Assembly: GCF_018350175.1 (NCBI RefSeq)
Contig: NC_058383.1
Coordinates: 4,030,001-4,094,000 of the forward strand
From: Felis catus
Lineage: Eukaryota
Length of the DNA stretch: 64,000 nucleotides
Direction of reading: 5' to 3'
The stretch's first letter is position 1, and each line of letters opens with the position of its first letter. Positions 1 to 12,037 of the stretch are shown one piece after another. The position numbers were made by a program, and so were the translations under genes. The notes beneath the pieces were generated by a model. That model was given only the letters and a program-made list of their open reading frames with translations. It was not told the origin of the DNA and did not search any database.

Positions 1-260
1 AGGTCCAGCGGGTAGAAGCCCTTCTGAATGAGATTAGTGCCTTTATAAGAGGCAACCGGAGAGCTAGCTCCTTCTCTATCACATAAAAATACAGTAAGTC
101 TGTAGTCTATAACCCAGAAGATGGACCTCACCAGAACCCAACCACGCGGGCACCTGATCTCGAACGTCTAGTCTCCGGAACTATAAGATGTAAGTTTCTA
201 TTGTTTATAAGCAACCCAGTCTACGGTACTTTGTTACAGCAGCCCAAAATGACTAAGACA
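1..260 (+). mobile_element. MaLR (MLT1-type) LTR, 3' part
   Basis: Typical MLT1 3' motifs: 'gattagtgcctttataaga', 'ggcacctgatctcgaac...ctccggaactataag', 'ttgtttataagc...ggtactttgttacagcagccc...gactaagaca' ending in CA. Confidence 0.8.
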
Positions 261-289
261 AACACCCATCTCTCACCCTGGAAGATATT

Positions 290-649
290 CCTGTGCTATT
301 TAATATGGCAGCCACCAGGCATATGTGGCTATTGAGCCCTTGAAATATAGCTAGTCCGAAGTGAGGTGGGTCCTAAGTATAAAAGACACAAACAGATGTC
401 ACAGACTTGCGGTGAGAACAGAATGTAAAAAGTCTCATGAATAATTCACTTACATTGATTATATGTTGAAATGATAACATTTTGCGTATCAAGGATTAAC
501 AACAACATATTCTAAGAACTCATCTCACCTGTCTTCTACCTTTCTATGACAGCGAGATAGAAAATCAGCCACACACTCAACGGAACAGCTACTAAAAACT
601 GTAGAACTATATACGTGGCTTGTATGACGTTTCTCCTGAATAGCACTGG
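290..649 (+). mobile_element. hAT-Charlie DNA transposon fossil (MER33/MER3-like)
   Basis: 'ctgtgctatttaatatggcagccacc...catatgtggctattgagc..ttgaaat...gctagtccgaa' at the start and 'atacgtggct...tttctcctgaatagcactgg' at the end, with terminal inverted similarity. Confidence 0.7.
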
Positions 650-2519
650 GTCACGCTATTAAATTTGCTCAATCAAGAAGCCTGCATTAGGGATTTAACT
701 TGCAGGCGGCACCACAGTAAGGGCCATGCAATGAGGAAGGGAACAGAAATAGTTCTAACTGATGTGCTCTACTTCCCCACTGGACTCCTCACCCGTAGAA
801 ATGGCATCAGCCCAAGCATGAAAGGAACAAAGCTCATGGTCCAGCCCCTGACCCAGCTGGAGAGCTCTATCCCAGTTAGGGAGGGCTGCACCAGTGTCCA
901 AATCCAGACATCTCCGACCAAGCCTCCCTTCCTCTCACAAATCAACCAGAGAGGTTCAGACACCTACCCAAGACCACACAGCAGCTGCACGACAGGTGAA
1001 GGCCCACAGTACGGGCTTTACAGCTCCCTCCCTGCATGTTTGCCAATGTGGCCTCCTGTCCCAGGCTTCCCCCTTCCCTTTCGAGGAACCCTCCACCAAT
1101 TTAGACCTCACCATAGCAAAAAAGGACCCTCGAGAACAAGCCTTTGAAAGTCCAAGCGTCCGTATCAGAGAAGATCCCATGGATTTGAGCAGCCAGTGCC
1201 TCCCACCTTCCAGCCAAAAGAAACCAAAACCCAAAAACCAACCCCACAGGAACTCCCCCGTGCATCCGTCTTTCCTAGTAGGACTCCCCAACTTTATGAA
1301 GGAGAAAAGGAACGCCCCCCCCCCCCAGGAAATGGAGGGTGAGACTGAGCGGGAAAAGCCCTAGTCCTGCCTCCCCACCTCCGATGCCATGCTCAGCCTG
1401 GACATCTGTGATCACGCTCTGCTGTCTGACCAGAATGGGTACAGACCTCATGGGGACGAGGACCCTCGGTAAGTGCCAGGAGACGACGAGCCACGTGGAT
1501 GTGGGTATCAAAACTGACGCCAACCCGTCTCAAATTCACCACCTTCCCCTCCACCCAGAAGCAGGACACCTGAGGGGGAGGGCAACACATCAGGTGGGCG
1601 CCCTCTTGGTGCCCAGGCAGGAGGCAAAAGCCTTGGGGGCTGCGATCCCAGAACTGCCTGCCCTTCCTCAAGACCCCCAGGGGCGGAAGGCAACTGCAGG
1701 AAAGGGTTTTCGCGCCAGCTTTAAGGCGAGTGGACCCCACAAGATCTTAGAGCAACTTAAGAATTATGAACCTCCCCATTCAATGCGTACTTAGTCCAAC
1801 AGGAGCTTGACTCCCACTCAGCAACTGGGTGGGAGTATCTGTCCTCGCCATTGTAGGAGAAACTGAGGCTCAGGGGTGACCACAAACCTCACACCGGGAA
1901 AAGGCCAAGATGTACAAGCAGCTCTTCCCGGGTCCTAGGCCTCAGTTTCCCCACCTAAAAAGAGCAGTTAATTCATTCCTCCCGCTTGCTACGAGCGTGG
2001 GGGGGGGGGGGGGAAGGTGTGATGCGGCGGTGGAGGGGGGTTGACAGGAACGGTACGGCGGCGGGGTGCGGGGGACAAGGGCAGTGCAGGGGGTAGTGGG
2101 GGAACACGGGTGGTGCGCGCCAGCACCTTTCACATTAACAAAAACGCCGGAGAGAAATTGAGCGATTACTCTGCTCCGGGCGCCATTCAAAGTGCTCTCG
2201 AGAGCGCCTGTCACTAATCCTCACGTGGTCCCCAGGGATGGGACGTTCATTATCCCCGTTTTGGAGACCTGGAGATTGAGGTTCAGGGAGGTGAAGCGAC
2301 TCGCCTCAGGACTCGCGGCCAGGAGAGGAGGCGCCGCCGGGAAGCCGCGCGGCTCCCGGGTGCGGGGCGCACAGCTGGGCGCCGAGAAGCTCACAAAGAC
2401 CACGAAGTCTCCTTTCTGGTTTCTTCCGGCCGAGCTTAGGGTGCATCTATCAACTCCAATTCTCCGGGCGGCGCGGGGAGCCAGCCCGGCGGCGCGGAGC
2501 CGGGAGAGACCCTTGGCCA

Positions 2520-2695
2520 CCCCTCCCCGCGCGCGCCCCCTCCGCGCGCGCCCCTCTCCCCGCGCGCGCCCCCTCCGCGTGCGCCCCCTCCTCGAACGCC
2601 CCCTTCCGGAGCGCCCCCTCCCCACGTGCCCCCCTCTCCCTGCCATCCCCCACGCGCCCCCCTCCCTCGCGCCCCCTCCCCGCGCGCTCCCGCCC
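2520..2695. repeat. Degenerate GC-rich tandem repeat (cgcgccccctc-like units) at the start of MMD2 intron 1
   Basis: About 10 imperfect copies of cgcgcccc(c)tcc. Confidence 0.7.
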
Positions 2696-2699
2696 TCAC

Positions 2700-2746
2700 C
2701 TCGCGTACTTCGTCTTCTGGAAATCCAGGAGCCGAGGAGCGAACAT
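2700..2746 (-). CDS. MMD2: MMD2 (PAQR10, monocyte-to-macrophage differentiation factor 2) coding exon 1; the gene continues off the left edge
   Basis: Minus strand reads ATG TTC GCT CCT CGG CTC CTG GAT TTC CAG AAG ACG AAG TAC GCG AG|GTGAGG = MFAPRLLDFQKTKYAR, the MMD2 N-terminus, followed by a canonical donor; MMD2-WIPI2 linkage is known in mammals. Confidence 0.93.
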
Positions 2747-5700
2747 CGCGGCGGTTCCATCGGCACCCAGCCCGGGGCTCCGACAACCGGCGCTGGGACG
2801 GAGCGCGGGAGGGAGGGAAGGAGGCGCGGGGCGCGGGAGCAGCAGGTAGGCGGGCGCAGGGCGGGGGCGGCCGGGGGGCGCGCGGAGCCCGAGCTGGAGC
2901 CGAGCCGAGCCCGAGCCCGAGACGCCGACGCCAAATCCCGAGCAGATGGTGGGGGGGGGGCGGGGCGGGGGGGCTCCGGGCCAATCGCCTTAGTCCCCGC
3001 GGCCTCGGCCCCCTCCCCGTGCCCTGCGGACCCCTCCGGCCTTCGCTGGGGGAAGGAGGAGAGATGGGGAAGGATGGGGGCTTCGATTGCAGCCCCTTCT
3101 CTCTCTCTCTCTCCCTGTCCCGGTGTCCCCTCCGCCGGTAGTTTTCAGAACGAGGTGACGGCCTGCTAGACGGAGCCCCGCTGTCTCCCCCGCTCCTCCC
3201 GGCCGGGGCTGGGCTGGAAAGGGAGCGAGGACACTGATGGCGCGCCAGCCGTTCAGGCCCCTGGCGTCGCTAGCCCCGGAGTATACTTGTACCTCACGCT
3301 TCCCCCGCGGCCAGCGCCTCCTGCCTTTCTTTGAGCGCCTGCGAGGCGCGACGGCCCCAAGGGATCCGCCCGGGAATGGCCGCAGTCTCTGGGGAAGCTC
3401 TCCACTCCCAGAGACTGTGATTCTGGGGACCCTCACGATCCCCCAGACAGGGGTACATGCATTTGGTTGTCGGATTCCAGCGTACCCGGAATCTGCCCAC
3501 CCGCCTCGGTTCTTCTACAAAATCCAGTGTTCTCCTTTAGGAGACCTTGGCCCGGGTGATGGGTTGTGGGGAACCACCTACAGGAAGGGACTGCTGGAGG
3601 CGGAACAGCCCTCAACCTGAAAGGACCCGTGCCCAAACTGAAGGGCAGGCATCTCCTTCTCCCCCTCCTCGCCCTTCCCTTATGCTCACAAACCCCAGCT
3701 CCCTGCTACTTTTTATAACGCTTTATTCGAGATCCTGCTACACATCCAGAAAACAATCCCACCCTACGGAATTCATTTCTGCACTCCAAATGCTGGGCGC
3801 GAGACGGGCTCAGATACCCAGTGTTGGTGAGGACAAGAAGGGTTACAGGTGATGCATTCACAGGGGGCAGCAGGGCTGCGGGGGGGGGGGGGGGGGAGGG
3901 CAGTGAGTGTGGCTGGGCAGGCAGGGCTGCAGGTGGGGACCAGAGAAGGGGTATAGGGATGTTTATGAGACCTAGATGGATTTTATCCACCAGGCCCTGT
4001 TGATGGATTAGAAGTGGAGGGCGACTAGTGGGCTTCTGGCTGGCCCTGCTGAGTGGGTACTGATGACATTAAGGGTGTGGGGGCAGGGGGAGGAGACCAG
4101 AGGAGAAGCAGCAGGGAAGGGAGGTGAAGGAAGATGTGACCTCAGTTTTGGCCAGGTGAGTTTGAGGTCAAGGTGGGCATGAGTATAAGGTCAAGGGCTA
4201 GATTGGTGAGCCAGAGGGTCCAGTAGGGCGGCAAGCCCACCCGGCGAGGAGGAGCTGGGAGGGCAAAGCTGGAAGGCCCCTTGGATCTGCAGATTTCGAA
4301 TCGCTCATCTCAACCTACCAGCCACCAGCCTCCTGCATCTGTTTATTTCTACATTAAATACAATGAAATGCAATTTGAAACGCGGTTCTTTACTCACGTG
4401 AGCCACATTTCCAATGCTCAACAGCTACATGTGACCAGTGGCTGCCGTATCAGACCACTTCCAAATGGAAGCAAGTCCCAGAAGACCAGGAAGTCACCCC
4501 AGGTGGGCAGCGAGCAGAAAGAGAAGAGACGTCTGGTCCGGAGTGCATTGTGCTGGGAAGACTAACTCACGTTCAGGCAACTTTTGTCTCAGTTGTTTGA
4601 GTACATTTTGTGTCCTGGTTGGCATGAAAATGTATTCTTACTGGGAGTCACGGTGAGGAATGGGCGAGGCTCGAGGCTATAGTGACCAGAGTCTCCTGTC
4701 TCCTTGGTGGAGGAGGGAAAGAGGCTGAGAGGGACCAGGGGACCCACCCACAAGTCACACAGCCAGAGGAGCTGTTCTGGAGCCCAGCTTCCCAGGCTCT
4801 GAGTTCTGAGCCTGCATTTCATGGCTTCTTCCCTGACCTTGACCTCTATCACCATTGTTATGACCCCCCCACACACACACACACACACATACAATAAAGG
4901 ACTGCCTTGTGGTCAGCCCCACCAGGGCACACCTGTCCCCGGGTCAGCCATACCTCCTCCTCAGTCCTCAACCTCAATTCCCAAAAAGGTCCCTTCAGTC
5001 TTTATAAAAGAGAAAGCCCCAGAGGCCTGACCTCCCCGTGGCCCCCTCCTCCCTGGCCTGGGGCATCAGCTGTTGACTGCAGCTGCCCTGAGGCTGAGGG
5101 GAGCCACAGGTGTGGGACCAGACCTCCCCAGGCTGCAGGCCCGCTGGCCTCCTCCGGCCCCAGCCTGCTGTTGACCTTCAGCGGGTCTTGGCAAGGCACT
5201 CAGCAAGGCCCCAGAGGAGACCCCCGAAGGGAAACACAAACCTCGAAATGGATTTTCTTTTTCTCCACGAGCAAAAAAAAGTTGAATAAGAAATAAGTTA
5301 CTATTTTTACTGCTGGGATCCGGTTGTTATGGTAACTGAGGGCCTCGAGGGAGTCAGGGTTGGCCCGCCAGTGAAGGAGATGAGGTGGGTTCCAGGGGCA
5401 GCGGTGGCAGCCACCGGACGAGCCTTGGACTACCTACCGACTGTGGGATTTCTGGCACCCCTGCCCCTGGCTCTGCGCCCCCCCCCCCCCCCCGCCGTGA
5501 CGAAAGGCCACCTGTGCCCATATAACACTGGCCAGTGGCCCCTGGCAACTTCTCCCTTTGGTGCAAGCCCACCATCTCCTGCTGGCTGTGTGGTCTCGGG
5601 CTCCCCCGGCCTTGTCGCCGAGCCTGTCCTTCACTGCTCCTGGGGGGGGGGGGGTCATTGTGCCCTCATCTCCACATGCAGCTTTCGACCCCCGCCACAG

Positions 5701-7088
5701 TGAGCACCACGGGCATCTGAGCGATCAGCCCCACGAGCCCTGCTGGCCAAAACCCAATTCTTCCCTCTGCCGTTCCTCTTCCAGCCCCCTCTCCAGAAGG
5801 CGGCCCCACACCACCCCCTGGGCCCGGTTGGCCGTGGCTGGAAGCTCTGAACGCGGCCTTCCCAGGATCCGAGGCCGGCCTCCACCTCCACCTAGCTTTG
5901 TGCCCTGAACCCAGGTGCTTCCCATTCGAGGCTCAGTTTCCCCACTTGTAAAGTGGAAGTTAACAGCACCCACCCTGCAGGATTACTGAAGGAACAAAGG
6001 CCACCTGGGCCCGATGTTATTACTGGCAATGTGTCTCCCCATTCAGTCCCCTCTGTAGCACTACATGGTAGGAGGTGCCGTTCCTAATTTGCGGACAAGG
6101 AGCCGTGCTCAGGCAGGCCAAGTCCCACAACAAGCCACACAGCACATCTGTCTGTGCTGAAGTGCCCTGCACTGCATGGGCACGGATTAAACACCTACCG
6201 TGTTCCCGGCTCATCAGATGCGCAGAGTGGCAAGCAGGTAGGGAGATAACACCCCCCACCACCACACGCCCGCCAACCACCAGCGCTTTTCATCCCTTCC
6301 CTAGAGCCCTGACCACGTCACCAGTCTCCTCCCACACGACCGACCTCTGCCACCTGTCCCCAGGACCCAATGGCACCCTCTGATGTGATCCTTCTCCTCC
6401 CTCCTAGCGACTTCCATCCCCGATCAGTACCTACGACATGGGCCCCTATATACGCCTAGCAGTGTCTGCCTGCAAAGTCCTCGTTGTCTCTGGCAAAGCC
6501 ACAAATCTTCCCTACCAGAGTGACTTTCTGAAACGCAAGTCTGACGAAGCCCCTCTCCCTAAAACCCTTCAGTGGCTCCCACTGCCTTCAGGATGGAGTC
6601 AGGATAGAAAAACGACCTCACCCACTGTGCACACGCAGTAAATGAATCCAAACTCCCCCCAAACATGCATGGCTTTCTCGTGCTCTGTGGCTACACAGAT
6701 GCTGTTCCCTCTGCCTGGAAGGCCTTTCCTCCTTAGTTTGCCTGGCAGATCTCTATTTATTCTTCCAGACCCAGTTTAAAGTTCTCCTTTGTTGGACCTT
6801 TAGGGGAAATGGCTTCTCCCCCCTTTTATGCCACCTTTGAACCAGCGTCCGGGCCCCACGGGATCATCTCGTAGGTACCCACCAGCCAAGGACTACCAGG
6901 ACCGGTGCCTGTGGTAAGGTTTATCAATCGGCTGCAATCAGGGGGAGGGCCCAATGTGGGGAACTGGAGGGGTCTCCATGAGGGCCGTTAGGAAGGACTT
7001 TCGGCAGAATTTGTACTTGCCTTAGGTACTTAGGGAAGTTCAAGGTAGCGTCACTTTACTGAGGCCCTCCTTTTTATTGGACACTCAG

Positions 7089-7300
7089 GGGGCGCCTGGG
7101 TGGCTCGGTCACTTAGGCGTCTGACTTCGGCTCAGGTCATGATCTCGCAGTTTGTGGGTTCAAACCCCACATCGGGCTCTGTGCTGACAGCTGGGAGCCT
7201 GAAGCGGCTTCGGATTCTGTGTCTCCCTCTCTCTCTGCCCCTCCCCCACTAGCACTGTCTCTTTCTTTCAAAAATAAATAAAACTTTAAAAAAAAAAAAA
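7089..7300 (+). mobile_element. CAN-SINE (felid SINEC_Fc type)
   Basis: ggggcgcctgggtggctcggtc head, (CT)n tract, aataaa and A tail. Confidence 0.9.
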
Positions 7301-7712
7301 GGAAAAAGACCTTAGGGGTCAATATGAAAGTGGAGTGCACTCTGCAGACAGGCAGGAACAATTTTTAAATCCTCCATCAGTCCCTTGTGCCACTAGGGAT
7401 GGGGCAACTCTCTGAAATGGAAACATGATGAAAGCTCAGATCTCCACATTGAAGCCGTCTTCAGGCACGGGGCCACCAGTTTGCAAACGTCACTCTTTCA
7501 AGGCGCCCTCCACTTTCTTTGGGCTCTCGCCACTCCCTGTACCTTCAAATAGTACCTGTATCTGTAGCTTAGCTGTAATCTATCCATACATATATGCACG
7601 TGTATATATACACATATACGTGTATGTGTATATGCAGACACTTGTGTATTCTATATACACGTGTATATCTCAGATTTTATAATGTATATTCCAGATTACA
7701 TGTGATGTATGG

Positions 7713-8361
7713 TGTTAAATAACAAAACTTCAAACCTAGTAAAATTTATATATATATTTTTTTCAACGTTTATTTATTTTTGGGACAGAGAGAGACAGAG
7801 CATGAACGGGGGAGGGGCAGAGAGAGGGGGAGACAGAATCGGAAACAGGCTCCAGGCTCCGAGCCATCAGCCCAGAGCCCGACGCGGGGCTCAAACTCAT
7901 GGACCGCGAGATCGTGACCTGGCTGAAGTCGGACGCTTAACCGACTGCGCCACCCAGGCGCCCCAAAACCTAGTAAAATTTAAAGATATAATTGGTTTCA
8001 CTAATCAATTCACGGACCGGGCAGCATTCTATCCGGCAAGCTGAGGGAGGCTCCGCTGGGCTGCAGGAAAGGTTTTTACAGGCAGAGAGAGAATGGAAAA
8101 AAGGACATTATTAGCCAAGAATGCATTATTTTAGACAAGTTTGCCCTCCTCAGGGGAATGGAAAATGTCTATCAGTAGATTTCCTAGTGCTGACCAGGAA
8201 ATTCCAGGTTGACGGGTTAAAGGTTACTTCGGGGAGGGGGGGGCGGGGAGGCAGTTGAGAGAATAGAACTGCAGTCAGGTTAGGTATTAAGTCCTGGCGT
8301 GCTGACCTGGGGCTCTTCACATAAATGACGCCATTTGGGGCCTGTGGTTTTCTTTTTAACA
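7713..8361 (-). mobile_element. Solo ERV1-class LTR (MER34-like), interrupted by a SINE
   Basis: TGTTAAA...TTTAACA termini; its reverse complement aligns by eye along its length with the LTR at 9565-9946. Confidence 0.7.
7749..7964 (-). mobile_element. Young SINEC_Fc with 17-bp target-site duplication
   Basis: Near-consensus felid SINE; TSD AAACCTAGTAAAATTTA at 7732-7748 and 7966-7982. Confidence 0.92.
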
Positions 8362-9564
8362 AGGTACGTGTAGCTGCTGGGGAGTTTGTCCCACCAGGGT
8401 CCCCTGTGCCCTGTCCTCCCTCAGAGCTGGGACTCTGACCATCCATTCTTCGTTCAGCCTGCGGTGTGCCTGGGCCTGGGGGATACAGGACTTGTCCTGG
8501 TCACTGCTCAGCCAGGGAGGCTCCTTTCCAGCTTTGCTGCCCCCGAGCCAGCTTCGCGTGTTCCCGGGAAGGAAAGGAGCAGTTCCCAGGAACCAGCCTG
8601 TTCCAGCTTGAGTTCCCGGGAAGCAGGCTCTGAGAGGAGTTTAAGCGCAAGGAGATTGATTAGGTGACTATCCTTGGGGTGGACAGCAGCGGCAGGGAGG
8701 GAAGAAGCGGCGAGGGGCCCAGCCTGTCCCTGGGCCCCTCCCTGCCTCTCTGGACAGTGGCTTCAGCAGATGCAGAGGGGAGTCCCATTCACCGGTCAGC
8801 GGGCACAGCTGCGGGAAAGGGGTGCGGCGTGGGCGAGGCCAGCGCCTCCTCTGACCAGGCCTCACTGCTCTGAACTGTCCGGGCTCTCCCTGGGTCCCCT
8901 GCACTCTGGTCCCAGCCTCTCACCTCCTCCAAGCGAACCCTGCTTTCGTCTGCTCCACTCATGACTTAGCGAGGAATCGACATCCTGAGCTTCCAAAGCA
9001 GCAGAGGTGAGAGCAGGAAGCTGACTGCAGAAGGAGGTGTGCGGGGGCCAGATCACGGGTCGTCTGTTCTTTGCCTTGCAGACACCCCTCATCTCAGCAC
9101 TGCATGCCCAGGAGTGACTGTCCAAATCCCGGAGGAGGAGGAAAGGCTCCCAAGTTACACCTGCATTTGCAGAAGGCCCAAGGGCATCGTTCAAAGGACT
9201 GGTTAGGGCTGGAAAGAGTCTCTTAAAGGATGAAGCCAGATTCAAATCCAGGCCCTCCACTGACTTGGAGAGCCCAGAGCGAAAACAAACACACACAAAA
9301 AACAACCAAGCAGGTAATCTCAGTACTGATAATCTAAGTCAGCAGGAGAAGAATCAGTGGAATACCAAATGTTTTCCTAGAGGATGAGGTGACTCCCCCA
9401 CGTTAGGTTACTGTCCTCCGGCTTTTCATTTAAAAAGTTTCCCTGGGGCACCAAGGAGAAAATATCATTTTCAAAATATTTGCAAAATCTGGTGTGATGT
9501 AGTAAGTAGATTTCAAAACTCTGTCTTTGTTTTATAAGTGCAAGAAACACAAAACTTAATCTAA

Positions 9565-9946
9565 TGTTAAAAAGACAGGGGACCAAAAATGGCATCACTT
9601 AGGTTAAGAGCCTCAAGTGAGTAAACCAAGACTTAGTACCTAATATCCAACTGCATTTTCAAATCTCCAGAATTGTAACCTTTAACCCTTTCAAACGTGG
9701 CGAGTTTCTCAGTCAGCGCTAGGAAATTTACTGAACAGACCCCATCCAGGTGACCTTGCCGAAAACAAAGGATTCTTTGCTAATAATTTCCTTTTTCTAC
9801 CCCCTGTCTTTAAACGCCTTTCCTTTCCTGGAGCCTTTCGGAGCCCCCCTCTACTTGCTGGAGGGGATACTGCCTGAGACATGAATCGATTCTGAAAGCC
9901 AACTAGATGTTTGAATTTTACTCCGTTGAATTTTTGTTATGTAACT
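9565..9946 (+). mobile_element. Solo ERV1-class LTR (MER34-like)
   Basis: Starts TGTTAAAAAG; 3' motif 'ggagccc..ctacttgctggaggggatactgcctga..catgaatcg...aaagccaa...aattttactc.gttgaattt'; flanks ctaa/ctag resemble a 4-bp TSD. Confidence 0.7.
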
Positions 9947-10183
9947 CTAGACAGGTACTGCTTGTGCTTTCCCCAGGGCTTATGACTTTGGAACAACTGA
10001 TCTAAATGTCGCCAACTCACAGAGCACCTGGATGGGGAAGGAGGAGGCTGGGGGCCCAGGCCTGCTCCTGCTTCTGTCAGGTGTGTTACCTCAACTCACA
10101 CCCTCTACCTGAGCCTCAGGTTTTTCACCTCTAAAAGACAGGGATTCCAGCTCTAAAGCTGTAAATTAAGATATCACAATAAC

Positions 10184-10681
10184 GGGGCGCCGGGTGGCTC
10201 AGTCGGCTGAACATCCGACTCGTGATTTCTGCTCAGGTCTTGATCTCAACGGTTCGTGGGTTCAAGTCCCGCATTGGGCTCTGCACTGACCGTGCAGAAC
10301 CTGCTTGGGATTCTCTCTCTCCCTCTCTTTCTGTCCCTCCCCTGCTCTCTCTCTCTCTCTCAAAAATAAATAGATAGATAGATAAATAAAAATAAACCCA
10401 AGGGGTGCCTGGGTGGCTTAGTCGGTTAAGCGGCCGACTTTGGCTCAGATCATGATCTCACGGTTTGTGGGTTTGAGCCCCACATGGAGCTCTGTGTTGA
10501 CCGGGTGGAGCCTGCTCGGGATTCTGTCTCCCTCTGCTCTGGGCTGACAGCTCAGAGCCTGAAGCCTGCTTCGGAGTCTGTGTCTCCCTCTCTCTCTGCT
10601 CCTCCCCCTCTGTCTCTGTCTTTCTCAAAAATGAATAAATCTTAAAAACATTTTTTTAATAAATAAACTTTTAAAAAATAT
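10184..10681 (+). mobile_element. Nested/chimeric CAN-SINE cluster
   Basis: Two SINE heads (10184, 10402) plus an extra 3' half; the whole block is flanked by ATATCACAATA (10171-10181 and 10682-10692). Confidence 0.85.
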
Positions 10682-10692
10682 ATATCACAATA

Positions 10693-11410
10693 CCGAAAGA
10701 AGAACAAAGTTGGAAAAATCACACTACATGATTTCAAAATTGACTATAAAGCTGCCGTAATCAAGACATTACGGACGTTGGGAAAGAAGCAACACATAGA
10801 TTAGCTGCAGAAAATGTAAAGAGTCTAAAAATAGGCCCTTCGATTTTTGACAAAGACGTCAAGATAATTTAATGGAGAAAAAGACAGTCTTTTCAACACA
10901 TGGTGCTGGAGAAATCTGAAATTCATATGCCACAGAAAATTGTTCTTTTCCTTTCTCACACCCTGTACAGGCTTCAGTGGTTTCCAGGGGCTGGGAGGCA
11001 GGGGTGGGCAGAAGCTGGCCACAAAGGGACACAAGGAATTTGGGGGGATGATGAAACGTCTATATCCTGCTTGGAAGGGTAGTTCCATGGCTGTATAAAT
11101 CGGTTAAAACTCATACACCTGGGGCGCCTGGCCGTTCAGTCAGTTAAGTGTCCAACTCTTGATCTCAGCTCAGGTCACGATCTCATACTTTGTGAGTTTG
11201 AGCCCCACGTCAGGCTCTGCACTGACAGTGTGGAGCCTGCTTGGGATTCTCTCTCTCTCCCTCTCTCTCTCTTTCTCTCTCCCCCTCCCTCTTTCTCTGC
11301 CCCTCCCCCAATTATGCTACCCCCCAAAAAAATAAATAAATAAACATTAAAAAAAAAACCTCACACAACTGTACACTCAGTAAGAGTGAATTTTGCTATA
11401 TTTAAATTAC
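10693..11410 (+). mobile_element. Old L1 ORF2/3' fragments, with a SINE at 11121-11358
   Basis: 'gaagaacaaagttggaaaaatcacactacatgatttcaaaa...tataaagct...aatcaagaca' and 'agacagtcttttcaacacatggtgctgga' are L1 ORF2 hallmarks. Confidence 0.75.
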
Positions 11411-11415
11411 ATTTT

Positions 11416-12037
11416 GGGGGCGCCCGGGTGGCTCGGTCGGTTTAAGCGTCTGACTTCAGCTCAGGTCGTGATCTCACGACTCGTGAGCTCGAGCCCCGCG
11501 TCGGGCTCTGTGCTGACAGCTCGGAGCCTGAAGCCTGCTTCGGATTCTGTGTCTCCCTCCCCTGCTTGCCCTCTATCTCTCAAAAATAAATAAATATTAC
11601 AAACATTTTTTAAATAATATATTACATTTCCAGTTAAATTGAAAAGACCTACAATATACATAACAATTTTTTTAAAAGGCTCTATCGTTTGTACCTGGGT
11701 GCGTATATGGAGGAGAGAGAAAGAACAAGCGTGTGGTGTGCGTAGGCCCAGTTATTGCTAGAGGTGAGGATTATAAGCTTTAACTAACACTAGAAATGTT
11801 CGGTGTTCAAATTTTCTTTTTTTTAATTTTTTTAATGTTTATCCATTTTAGAGAGAGAGAGAGACAGAGCATGAGTGAGGGAGGAACAGAGAGAGAGGAA
11901 GACACAGAATCTGAAGCAGGCTCCAGGCTCTGAGCTGTCAACACAGAGCCCGACACGGGGCCTGAACCCAGGAACCACAAGATCATGACCTGAGCCGAAG
12001 TCCGATGCTTAACCGACCTAGTTACCCAGGCACACCC
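11416..12037. mobile_element. Two CAN-SINEs in inverted orientation (11416-11610 plus; about 11812-12037 minus)
   Basis: SINE heads and tails on opposite strands. Confidence 0.88.

Larger units (their letters stand above)
1990..3400. promoter_or_regulatory. MMD2: CpG island / MMD2 promoter
   Basis: Very GC- and CpG-rich stretch spanning MMD2 exon 1; GC boxes (ggggcggggcgggg, about 2957-2972) and CCAAT (2981-2985) upstream of the minus-strand ATG. Confidence 0.85.

Noticed and set aside
2192..3169. 325-aa and 237-aa ORFs over the MMD2 CpG island
   Set aside because: Low-complexity Pro/Arg/Gly/Ala translations from GC-rich, stop-poor DNA; the real coding part is the 47-nt MMD2 exon in another frame.
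7089..7160. tRNA-like A/B boxes at SINE heads
   Set aside because: Part of tRNA-derived SINEs; no complete cloverleaf or standalone tRNA gene.
7713..9946. Single provirus bounded by two LTRs
   Set aside because: The LTRs are inverted and diverged, with no PBS/gag/pol between them.
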